From positions 120,001-152,000 of the forward strand of contig NC_014034.1 in assembly GCF_000021865.1 (NCBI RefSeq): DNA of 32,000 nucleotides, written 5' to 3'. This document shows, piece by piece, positions 16,327 through 25,855 of this stretch. The notes beneath the pieces were generated by a model. It made no database searches. It was given only the letters and a program-made list of their open reading frames with translations, and was not told the origin of the DNA. Position 1 is the stretch's first letter; every line of letters starts with the position of its first letter. The DNA comes from Rhodobacter capsulatus SB 1003. GTDB lineage: Bacteria > Pseudomonadota > Alphaproteobacteria > Rhodobacterales > Rhodobacteraceae. The position numbers were made by a program, and so were the translations under genes.

Positions 16327-16333
16327 CCCGACA

Positions 16334-18397
<2,064 letters not shown>

Positions 18398-18404
18398 CCC
18401 GGGC

Positions 18405-19733
18405 TCAGGCCGCGTCTTCGGACGGGGCCTCTGCCACGGCGGCGCGTTGCAGCACGGCGGCAAAGAAGCCGTCGGTGTCATGCCGCGCGGGCGTCAGCGA
18501 CAGATAGTCGGGATGGGCCGAGCCGGTCAGCTGCGGCGCCACCTCGGCCAGCGGCACCACGGAAAATTCGGGATGCGCGGCCAGAAAGGCCGCCACCCGA
18601 TCCTCGTTTTCCTCGGAGAGCAGCGAGCAGGTGGCATAGACCAGCCGCCCGCCGGGCTTCACCAGCCGCGCCGCGCTGGCCAGGATCCGCCCCTGCAGCG
18701 CCGCAAGATTGTCCAGCCCCTGCTCCTGCGGCGAGCGCCAGCGGGCATCGGGATTGCGCCGCCAGGTGCCGGTGCCGGAGCAGGGCGCATCGACCAGAAC
18801 CCGGTCGAAACCGGCCTTGTGCCGTTTCACCCAGCGGTCGGTTTCGCTGCTCAGCAGCCGCGTTTCGGCATTCTGCAGCCCGGCCCGCCGCGCGCGTTCG
18901 GCGCAGCGTTTCAGCCGCCCCTCGTTCACGTCGCAGGCGATGATCCGGCCCTTGTTTTGCATCTGCGCCGCGATCGCCAGCGTCTTGCCGCCCGCCCCGG
19001 CGCAGAAATCCACCACGCGATCGCCGGGCCTCGCATCGACGAGCAGCGCCACCAGCTGCGAGCCTTCGTCCTGAATCTCGATCTCGCCGGTCTTCAGCCC
19101 GGGCAGATGCGCCAGCGACAGCCGCGCGCTGACCCGGATGCCAAAGGGCGCCACCGCCGAGACCTCGGCCGGAAGACCGATGTCACGCAGCGCCCGCAGG
19201 GAGTGCTCGCGCGTGGTTTTCAGCGTGTTCACCCGCAGATCGAGCGGCGGCGGCGTCAGCATCGCCGCCATCTCGGTTTCGAAATCGGTGCCAAAGCGGC
19301 GCCGCAAGGCCGCGGCCGCCCAATCGGGGCATTCGAGCCGCAGCTCCTCGGGCATGGCGGGGTGATCGACGGGGAGGCCCTGCAGCTTCACCACCAGCGT
19401 CGCTTCCGCCTCGGTCAGGATCGAGGGCGCATATTTCGCGCCGCTGAACAGCCGTTTCAGCTGATCCGGCTTGCGCCGCTCGACCAGCGCCAGAAAGGCC
19501 AGCAGCCGGTTGCGATGGGTGTCCTTGCGGCCGTGCCGATCGAGCCACCAGCCCAGCCGGGCCTGATGGCGCAGCAGCTCCTGCAGCTGGGCGATGATCT
19601 CGCCGCGGTCGGCATCGCCGATCTGGCGGCGGGCGCGGAACCAGGCCGAGACGATCGCATCGGCGGGACGCGGAACGGTGTCGATCTCGGACATCAGGTC
19701 AAGGATGGCTTGCAGCCGGGCAGCAGGGGTCAC
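18405..19733 (-). CDS. RsmB/NOP-family SAM-dependent RNA m5C methyltransferase
   Basis: SAM-binding DFCAGAGGKT and the catalytic Cys motifs DAPCSGTGTWRRNPD and ATCSLLSEEN. GTG start at 19731-19733. Convergent with ygiQ across a 7-nt gap. Confidence 0.88.
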   Translation of the reverse strand: MTPAARLQAILDLMSEIDTVPRPADAIVSAWFRARRQIGDADRGEIIAQLQELLRHQARLGWWLDRHGRKDTHRNRLLAFLALVERRKPDQLKRLFSGAKYAPSILTEAEATLVVKLQGLPVDHPAMPEELRLECPDWAAAALRRRFGTDFETEMAAMLTPPPLDLRVNTLKTTREHSLRALRDIGLPAEVSAVAPFGIRVSARLSLAHLPGLKTGEIEIQDEGSQLVALLVDARPGDRVVDFCAGAGGKTLAIAAQMQNKGRIIACDVNEGRLKRCAERARRAGLQNAETRLLSSETDRWVKRHKAGFDRVLVDAPCSGTGTWRRNPDARWRSPQEQGLDNLAALQGRILASAARLVKPGGRLVYATCSLLSEENEDRVAAFLAAHPEFSVVPLAEVAPQLTGSAHPDYLSLTPARHDTDGFFAAVLQRAAVAEAPSEDAA

Positions 19734-19949
19734 GGGTAAGACGATCCGGTTGAAAAGGAGAGGGGGCCGGTCACTGCGGCAATCGCGGGCCGGATCCCGG
19801 CGGCCTGACGGCCACGGGGTCTTTTACGGCGAAGATCGGGTTTTGAAAACCGCCATTCGTGCGCCCTCCGGGGGCCTTTGCGGCAAGGCGCCCTTCACAT
19901 CGGGGCCGGGATGCTTACCTGTGCAGGACCGCTTTCCCGGATCTGTCAG

Positions 19950-20885
19950 ATGACCGCTGCCCCCGCCTTGCCGCCCCATTCCCTTCACCTGCCGCGCAGC
20001 CGCGCGCGGGTGGCGGCTTTCGTGGCCCGGCATCTGACCGGCGCGGGCACGCTGCGGCTGCACCGGGCGGCGCTGGGCCTTGATCTGCTGCGCGCGCCTG
20101 CGAATGTCGCCTTGGCGCCGGTGCTGCTGGCCTGTCGCGGCGGCGCCCGGCTGGCGGGCGCCCTGCGGCTGCCCCGGGTGTCGGCCTGGCTTGCGACCCG
20201 GCCGGTGCTTTTTCGCACCCGGGTTTCGGCGCAGATCGAGGCGGCGCTTTTGCGCGATCTTTTCGGGGCGCCGCTGCCCGAGACCGATCGCAGCCCGGGC
20301 CGGGCCGCGCTGACCGCCGCGCTTTTCGCCGCGCCGGAGCTGCGCGAGCCGCTGGCGCAGCATCCCGACGGCGGCAAGGCGGCGGCGCAACGGGTGATGG
20401 CGGTCCTGACCGATTACACCGGCACAAGGGCCGCGGTGGCGGAACTGACCACCGCGCTGGTGACGATCGCGCTTGGCGCGGTGCTGTTTCAGGCGCTGAC
20501 GCCGGGGATGTTCTCGATCGCGCCCGGTCTGGCCGAGGCGGTGTCGCGCGAAGCCGCCGTGGCCGGGTTTCCGCTGGGCGAGACCCTGGGCGGGTTTTGG
20601 TACGGGCTGTTTCCGACCGCGCCCGGGCCCTGGCTGACCGGCTTGACGCTGGTCGGGCTGATGTCGGTCAGCGGTTTTGTCACCGCCTTTGCGGGCTGTC
20701 TGGCCGATCCGGTGCAGGCGCGGCTGGGCCTGCATCGCCGCCGCCTGCTGCGCCTGATCGACACGGTCGAGGCCGAGCTGTCCGGCGCGCAGGACCGCCC
20801 CTTTGCGACGCGCGAACATTACCTTGTGCGGGTCTTCGATCTTTGGGATGCCGCCCTGTCGCTGCTGCGAGCCCTGCGGGGCTGA
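19950..20885 (+). CDS. Conserved hypothetical protein, probably membrane-associated
   Basis: GC3-rich open frame with ordinary Ala/Leu-rich composition and hydrophobic stretches (TALVTIALGAVLF, LTGLTLVGLMSVSGFVTAF). I recognise no catalytic motif. The start is uncertain: ATG 19950 is chosen, and upstream alternatives exist at 19878 and 19911. Confidence 0.55.
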   Translation: MTAAPALPPHSLHLPRSRARVAAFVARHLTGAGTLRLHRAALGLDLLRAPANVALAPVLLACRGGARLAGALRLPRVSAWLATRPVLFRTRVSAQIEAALLRDLFGAPLPETDRSPGRAALTAALFAAPELREPLAQHPDGGKAAAQRVMAVLTDYTGTRAAVAELTTALVTIALGAVLFQALTPGMFSIAPGLAEAVSREAAVAGFPLGETLGGFWYGLFPTAPGPWLTGLTLVGLMSVSGFVTAFAGCLADPVQARLGLHRRRLLRLIDTVEAELSGAQDRPFATREHYLVRVFDLWDAALSLLRALRG

Positions 20886-20902
20886 GCCCGCTCTCTCCGG
20901 AC

Positions 20903-20940
20903 GGAAAACGCCGACGGCGGACCGTCGGCGTTGCCTTTTC
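20903..20940. terminator. Bidirectional intrinsic terminator between convergent genes
   Basis: Perfect 11-bp stem AACGCCGACGG (20907-20917) / CCGTCGGCGTT (20922-20932) with a CGGA loop. It is flanked by GGAAAA on the left and GCCTTTTC on the right. Confidence 0.7.
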
Positions 20941-20949
20941 GGGGGCGGC

Positions 20950-21444
20950 TTACCACTCGCCGCTGTCGTCGAAACCCGGATCTTCCATCTCGGGCTCCGC
21001 CTCGGGTTCGCCCGCCTGTGCCTCGCCCGCGAACATCCCGGCGACGGCATTGGCCAGCAGCATGCCGCCCGCCACCCCCATCGCCGTCTGCACCGCCCCG
21101 GCCAGGAACCCGCCCGGTGCGCCCTGCGGCAGCGGTTGACCCATCGGCGCCGACCGCCGCGGCGCCCCGCCGCCGAACAGCCCGGAGAGGAACCCGCCGC
21201 CCTGCGGCGCTTTCCGCGCCTCGGCCAGATCGGCCTCCAGCGCGGCGATCCGCGCCTCGGCCGCGTTCAGCGCATGTTCCTGCACCACCACCGTCTGCGC
21301 CATGTAATAGGGCGCGCCGGGCTGGCGGGTGATCGCCTCGCCGATGAAACGCTCCGCCTCGGGATCGCGGACGGGCATCTGCCGTTCGACCTGCGTCAGC
21401 TTTTCGAAAAGGCCGGCGATGGCCTGACGGTCGTTGGTGTCCAT
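20950..21444 (-). CDS. DUF2076-like protein (N-terminal helical domain, Gly-rich hydrophobic segment, acidic tail)
   Basis: The N-terminus (DRQAIAGLFEKLTQVERQMPVRDPEAERFI...APYYMAQTVVVQEHAL) matches my recollection of the DUF2076 family. It is followed by GGGFLSGLFGGG...GVAGGMLLANAVAGMF and the tail EPEAEPEMEDPGFDDSGEW. AGGAG RBS. Confidence 0.7.
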   Translation of the reverse strand: MDTNDRQAIAGLFEKLTQVERQMPVRDPEAERFIGEAITRQPGAPYYMAQTVVVQEHALNAAEARIAALEADLAEARKAPQGGGFLSGLFGGGAPRRSAPMGQPLPQGAPGGFLAGAVQTAMGVAGGMLLANAVAGMFAGEAQAGEPEAEPEMEDPGFDDSGEW

Positions 21445-21579
21445 TCTCGTCTCCTCTGTCGATCTGGCTGCCCGCTCCGGGGCGTTCCCGGACCGGATCG
21501 GCCCCGAGATGGGGACGGCCCCCGCCCGTTGCGAGGGTGGGGGGGATCACGAAAATGTTTTCGATGCCGCAGCCCGGGT

Positions 21580-22890
21580 TCAGCCGCGCAGATCGGCGAG
21601 GACCGGGCGGGTCAGGGTGAACACCGCCGGGATCAGCGCCATCACCGCCGCAAAGCTGAGGAAAGCTGCCGCCAGATGCAGTTCCGGCCAGCCAAGGCTG
21701 GCCGGCACGAGAATGTCGGTCCGGGCGGTGATCGCGGCGGAAATCGCCGCCGTCGCCGCGACGCCCAGCCCCAGCCCCAGCGCCGTGCCAAGCCCGATCA
21801 GCGTCATCGCGTAAGACCAGATCAGTGCCAGGATGAACCGCGGCGGTGCCCCCAGACCGCGCAGCAGCGCCAGCCTGCGCGACAGCAGCCGCGCCAGCAG
21901 CATCAGCCCGGCCAGCACCCCCGCCGTCACCAGCGCCTGCGTCAGCAGGGCCAGCACCGACATCCCCTGCCGGATATCGCCCATCAGCGCATGCAGCCGG
22001 GCCAGGATCGTGCCCGGAAAGAACGCCATCGTGCGCTCGGTGCTGAATTCGGCCTGCAGCGCATAGGTGGCGGCCAGGCTTTTCGCCCGCACCAGCGCCG
22101 CGGGCGTGCCCGGAAAGGCCTGCGGGTCGAATGGCTGGCCAAGCGTGCCATCCCAGTCCGGCGCATGGCCCGAGCCCATGCCATGCAGCGACCAGACCGA
22201 TTCGATCGGCACCAGCAGCGCGCGGTCCCAGGGCGTGCCGGTCAGCGGCATCCGCCCGACGACGCGATAATGATACCCCTCGTGCGCCTCTTCCTCGGCG
22301 TCATGGCCAAGGCCATGTTCCGGGGTGAATTCCGCGCCCAGCGGCAGCGGCACCCGGGCGCCCACCACCGCCTCGGTCGCGGTTTTGAACATCCCGCCTT
22401 CGGCCAGATCCCCGCCCAGATGCGCGACGAATTGCGGCGTCGTGCCCACCGTCGGCAGGCCGTTCCAGCTGTCGCCAAAGCCGATCGGCGCGGCCAGGGT
22501 CACCTCGGGGTGATCGGCGATGGCGGCAAAGGTCGGCCCGTCGATCAGCGCCATGTCCGAGGGTTGCAGATAGACCGCCGCCAGCATCGCGGTGAATTCG
22601 CTGCCCGGGGCGGCGATCACCAGATCGAATTTCGCCGCCGCCTGCGCCGTGCCCCGCCGCAGCCCGCGTTCCTGCGCGATCAGCCCGACACCGAGCGCCA
22701 CCGACACCGCGATCAGCGCGGTAAAGATCAGGCTGGTCCAGATCTGCCGCAAGATCAGCCCGCGCAACAGCGGCCCCAGCCGATAGCCGCGCAGCGCCGC
22801 GACGCCGATCAGCGCCGCCGGGGTCAGCAGCGCCAGAGCCGTCAGACCGTCCTGCGCCCCGTTCGGCAGGCTTTGCCACAGATCAGCCAT
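21580..22890 (-). CDS. MacB/FtsX-type ABC transporter permease with a large periplasmic domain
   Basis: An N-terminal TM segment, a periplasmic region of about 230 aa and a C-terminal FtsX-like three-TM bundle. ATG 22888-22890 overlaps the stop of the ATPase gene by 8 nt. The periplasmic region contains the His/acid-rich stretch EHGLGHDAEEEAHEGYHY (22267-22320). Confidence 0.85.
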   Translation of the reverse strand: MADLWQSLPNGAQDGLTALALLTPAALIGVAALRGYRLGPLLRGLILRQIWTSLIFTALIAVSVALGVGLIAQERGLRRGTAQAAAKFDLVIAAPGSEFTAMLAAVYLQPSDMALIDGPTFAAIADHPEVTLAAPIGFGDSWNGLPTVGTTPQFVAHLGGDLAEGGMFKTATEAVVGARVPLPLGAEFTPEHGLGHDAEEEAHEGYHYRVVGRMPLTGTPWDRALLVPIESVWSLHGMGSGHAPDWDGTLGQPFDPQAFPGTPAALVRAKSLAATYALQAEFSTERTMAFFPGTILARLHALMGDIRQGMSVLALLTQALVTAGVLAGLMLLARLLSRRLALLRGLGAPPRFILALIWSYAMTLIGLGTALGLGLGVAATAAISAAITARTDILVPASLGWPELHLAAAFLSFAAVMALIPAVFTLTRPVLADLRG

Positions 22891-23620
22891 GCTGTGCCTC
22901 CGCAATCTCTCCGTCGCGCAGATCGATCACCCGCCCGGCCAGCGCCATCAGCGCCGGATCATGGCTGGCGACGATCAGCGTCTGCCCCCTCTGCCGCGCC
23001 AGCGCGATCAGATCGGCCGAGAGCCGGTCGGCATTGGCACGATCAAGGCTGGCCGTCGGCTCGTCGGCCAGCAGCACCGCCGGATCACCGGCCAGCGCCC
23101 GGGCCACGGCGATGCGCTGCCGTTCGCCGCCCGAATAGCTGGCCGCGGCCCGCCGCCCGGCCGGGCTCAATCCCAGCCGCGCCAGGGCCGCTTCCGCCCG
23201 GGCGGCAATCTCTGCCCGCGCCGCGGCGGGCGCATAAAGCGCGGTCAGCGCGGCATTGTCCTGTGCCGACAATTCCTCGAACAGCAGCGGATCCTGAAAC
23301 ACGAGGCCGATCGTCGCCCGCCGGAACGCCGCGCGCGGGCCATCGCGCAGCGCGGCAATATCGGTGCCGCCCCAGAGCACCCGCCCCGCCTGCGGCGTGA
23401 TCAACCCGGCCAGAACATGCAGCAGCGTCGATTTCCCCGCCCCCGAGGGGCCGCGCAGCACCACCGCCGCTCCCGCCGCGATCTGCAGCCGCGGGATCTG
23501 CAGCAACTGCCGCCCGCCCTCGCCGCACAGCCGCAGCCCCTCGATCTGCAGAGCAAGCCCGCGCTGTGTCACCGCCCCGTCGGGGGGGCAGGCAGGACGG
23601 GGCAAAGGCTCTGTCGGCAT
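22883..23620 (-). CDS. ABC transporter ATP-binding protein (MacB/LolD-like)
   Basis: Walker A GPSGAGKST, signature YSGGERQRIAVARAL and Walker B LLADEPTASLD. Translationally coupled to the permease. Confidence 0.9.
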   Translation of the reverse strand: MPTEPLPRPACPPDGAVTQRGLALQIEGLRLCGEGGRQLLQIPRLQIAAGAAVVLRGPSGAGKSTLLHVLAGLITPQAGRVLWGGTDIAALRDGPRAAFRRATIGLVFQDPLLFEELSAQDNAALTALYAPAAARAEIAARAEAALARLGLSPAGRRAAASYSGGERQRIAVARALAGDPAVLLADEPTASLDRANADRLSADLIALARQRGQTLIVASHDPALMALAGRVIDLRDGEIAEAQHG

Positions 23621-23667
23621 GTTCGCGGCTCCGCTTCGAATGCGATTTCAGCCTTAAGACGGCGGCA

Positions 23668-23687
23668 ATGTAACAGTTTCATGTGAC
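23668..23687 (-). promoter_or_regulatory. Candidate Pho-box-like direct repeat upstream of the ABC operon
   Basis: The minus strand reads GTCACAT-GAAA-CTGTTAC, a 7+4+7 layout with an 11-bp register, 48-67 nt upstream of the ATPase ATG. The match to CTGTCAT-N4-CTGTCAT is partial. Confidence 0.3.
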
Positions 23688-23721
23688 CGGCGGCCCGGGC
23701 CGCAGGATTTCCGCGTCTGCA

Positions 23722-23733
23722 ATGATATATCAT
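23722..23733. promoter_or_regulatory. Perfect 12-bp AT-only-core palindrome in the divergent promoter region (candidate operator)
   Basis: ATGATATATCAT is its own reverse complement. It is the most AT-rich spot in this intergenic region. The TGATA/TATCA arms resemble Fur-superfamily operator cores. Its function is not established. Confidence 0.3.
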
Positions 23734-23781
23734 AACTATTTCAGCGACTGGCGGCGCAGAAAAATCCCGGCGCGGCGGGGG

Positions 23782-23799
23782 CTGTCGCAAATGTGTCGC
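23782..23799 (+). promoter_or_regulatory. Candidate Pho box upstream of the alkaline phosphatase gene
   Basis: CTGTCGC-AAAT-GTGTCGC: two 7-bp direct repeats with the TGTC core and a 4-bp A/T spacer (11-bp period). It ends 50 nt before the phoA ATG, with TAGGTT 10 nt downstream as a possible -10. Confidence 0.45.
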
Positions 23800-23849
23800 G
23801 CGTCGTGCCTAGGTTGCGGCCCGAAACAGACAGCAAGCAGGGACATCCG

Positions 23850-25343
23850 ATGACTCGTCTTCTTCTTTCCACCGCGCTTTGCCTTGCCAGCTCGGTCGCC
23901 GTTCTGGCCGGGGATCTGCCGCAGGCGCAAAGCGACTGGTTCAAGGCCGGGCAAGCCAAGATCGCCGAGCGCATGACGGTGGCGCCGATCACCAAGCCCG
24001 CGAAGAACGTGATCCTGTTCACCGCCGACGGCAATGGCGTGGGCACGAACTATGCGATCCGGCTGTTCTCGGGCCAACAGGCCGGGGGTCTGGGCGACGA
24101 TTACGTGCAGCCGCAGGAAACCTTTCCGCATGTGGCGCTGGTGAAGACCTATTCCTCGAACGGCCAGACCCCGGATTCGGCACCGACGGCGGCGGCGATG
24201 AATTCGGGGATCAAGACGAAGAACGGCATGATCAACGTGCTGGACACCGTCAATGTCGGCGATTGCGCCGCGGGGGCGACGGCGGGCACGAAGACCTTTG
24301 CCGAGATCGTGTCGGACATGGGCAAGTCGGTCGGCGTTCTGTCCACCGCGCGCATCACCCATGCGACGCCCGCGGCGGTCTATGCCCGCACCGTCGACCG
24401 CGATTGGGAAGATCCCTCGAAGATGCCCGAGGGCTGCACGCAAAAGGACATCGCCGCCCAGCTGATCGACCAGATCAAGGCCGGGGTGATCGACGTGGCG
24501 ATGGGCGGCGGCCGGGCGCATTTCCTGCCCAAGGACGTCAAGGATGTCGAGGGCAAGGACGGCAAGCGCCCCGATGGCCGCGATCTGGTCGCCGAGGCCA
24601 AGGCGCTGGGCGCCGAAGTGGTGTTCGGCGAGGAGGACTTCACCGCGCTCGATCTGAGCGGCAAGGCCCCGGTGCTGGGTCTTTTTGAATCGAGCCACAT
24701 GAAATACGAGACCGACCGCACCGGCGAGCCCTCGCTGGCGGAAATGACCGAGGCCGCGATCAAGGCGCTCTCGACGAACGAGAACGGCTTTTATCTGAAC
24801 ATCGAGGGCGGCCGGGTCGACCATGCCAACCATGACGGCAACCTTTACCGCACCGTCACCGACGGCAAGGCTTTCGCCGATGCGATCGCCGTGGCGATGA
24901 AGATGACGAACCCGGAAGAGACGCTGATCATCGTCACCGCCGACCATGAACATGCGATCAGCTTCAACGGCTATTGCGGCCGCGGCTCGAACGTCCTTGG
25001 CCTGTGCATGGAGGAAAACGAGCAGGGCGTGACCCATACCGGCAAGCCCAATCTGGCCGATGACGGCAAGCCCTATACCGTGGCGGGCTATCTGAACGGC
25101 GTCGGCTCGGTGCTGGTGAAACAGGCCGACGGCAGCTTCTCGGGCGCGCGGCCCGAGGTGACCGAGGAACAGGCGACCGACAAGGATTACATTCAGCAGG
25201 CTTTGGTGCCGATGCAGTCCGAAACTCATTCCGGCGAGGATGTGGCGGTCTATGCCCGTGGCCCCTGGGCGCATCTCTTCGGCGGCGTGATCGAGCAGAA
25301 CGTGATCTTCCACGTGATGAACCACGCCGTGAAGCCCGAGTGA
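23850..25343 (+). CDS. phoA: Alkaline phosphatase (PhoA family), secreted
   Basis: Sec signal MTRLLLSTALCLASSVAVLAG and active-site context GQTPDSAPTAAAMNSG (D-S nucleophile motif). Metal-ligand regions EGGRVDHANHD and VTADHEHA. AGGGA RBS 6 nt upstream of ATG 23850. Confidence 0.9.
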   Translation: MTRLLLSTALCLASSVAVLAGDLPQAQSDWFKAGQAKIAERMTVAPITKPAKNVILFTADGNGVGTNYAIRLFSGQQAGGLGDDYVQPQETFPHVALVKTYSSNGQTPDSAPTAAAMNSGIKTKNGMINVLDTVNVGDCAAGATAGTKTFAEIVSDMGKSVGVLSTARITHATPAAVYARTVDRDWEDPSKMPEGCTQKDIAAQLIDQIKAGVIDVAMGGGRAHFLPKDVKDVEGKDGKRPDGRDLVAEAKALGAEVVFGEEDFTALDLSGKAPVLGLFESSHMKYETDRTGEPSLAEMTEAAIKALSTNENGFYLNIEGGRVDHANHDGNLYRTVTDGKAFADAIAVAMKMTNPEETLIIVTADHEHAISFNGYCGRGSNVLGLCMEENEQGVTHTGKPNLADDGKPYTVAGYLNGVGSVLVKQADGSFSGARPEVTEEQATDKDYIQQALVPMQSETHSGEDVAVYARGPWAHLFGGVIEQNVIFHVMNHAVKPE

Positions 25344-25360
25344 TCCGTGGATCAGCCTTG

Positions 25361-25395
25361 CAGGCCCCGGAACCCCGGGGCCTGTTTCCGTTTCC
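25361..25395 (+). terminator. Strong intrinsic terminator-like hairpin after phoA
   Basis: Perfect 10-bp GC-rich stem CAGGCCCCGG (25361-25370) / CCGGGGCCTG (25375-25384) with an AACC loop, followed by TTTCCGTTTCC. Confidence 0.75.
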
Positions 25396-25411
25396 ATTGA
25401 CAGGTTTGCCG

Positions 25412-25837
25412 ATGCACCGCCGCCAGTTTCTTGCCCTTGCCCCCGCGCTGATCCTGGCCCCGGCCTTGCCGCTGCGGGCCGAAGACCCGATCCGGCTGCG
25501 CGATCTTTACAACAAGGATCTGAGCTTTTCCGATCTGGCGCTGGCGTGGCAGGGCACGCGTTTGGCGGTGCAGGGCTTCATGGCGCCGCCGCTGAAGGCG
25601 GATTCGGTCTTCTTCGTGCTGACGAACCGGCCGATGGCGGTCTGTCCGTTCTGCGAACCCGGCATGCCCTGGCCCGATGACATCCTGGCCGTCTATGCCC
25701 GCAGGATCGTCGAGGTCGAACCCTTCAACGTGCCGATCCTGGTCGAGGGGCGGCTGGAGCTGGGCGATGCCACCGACCCGGAGCTGGGCTTTTATTCCAA
25801 GGTCCGCCTGCGCGAGGCGACGTTCCGGCGGGCCTGA
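25412..25837 (+). CDS. Small Tat-exported periplasmic protein with a CxxC motif (DUF3299-like)
   Basis: Twin-arginine signal MHRRQFLALAPALILAPALPLRA. The core VQGFMAPPLKADSVFFVLTNRPMAVCPFCEPGMPWPDDILAVY resembles my recollection of DUF3299 proteins, which accompany MacB-type ABC pairs. The family call is from memory. Confidence 0.6.
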   Translation: MHRRQFLALAPALILAPALPLRAEDPIRLRDLYNKDLSFSDLALAWQGTRLAVQGFMAPPLKADSVFFVLTNRPMAVCPFCEPGMPWPDDILAVYARRIVEVEPFNVPILVEGRLELGDATDPELGFYSKVRLREATFRRA

Positions 25838-25855
25838 CCGGCCCGTCACGGCGGG

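Noticed and set aside
14741-16333. N-terminal 531 codons of the 1218-aa ORF 14741-18397, which runs through the LacI gene (antisense), the intergenic region and the tRNA
   Set aside because: The frame crosses a tRNA gene and a well-supported opposite-strand regulator gene. The YgiQ homology begins only near 16334.
20803-23400. 865-aa plus-strand ORF, plus several smaller ORFs across the DUF2076 and ABC region
   Set aside because: The composition is dominated by R/P/G/Q. The ORF is antisense to genes with Walker A/B and FtsX features, so it is a GC artefact.
23736-25397. 553-aa minus-strand ORF antisense to phoA
   Set aside because: It has no motifs and is Arg/Gly/His-rich. The plus strand encodes a complete alkaline phosphatase with a signal peptide, an active-site DS motif and an RBS.
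25838-25855. Possible shared terminator in the 18-nt gap between the convergent small Tat-protein gene and dnaE2
   Set aside because: Only imperfect 4-5 bp complementarity (CCGGCCCG / CGGCGGG) and no T-tract on either strand.
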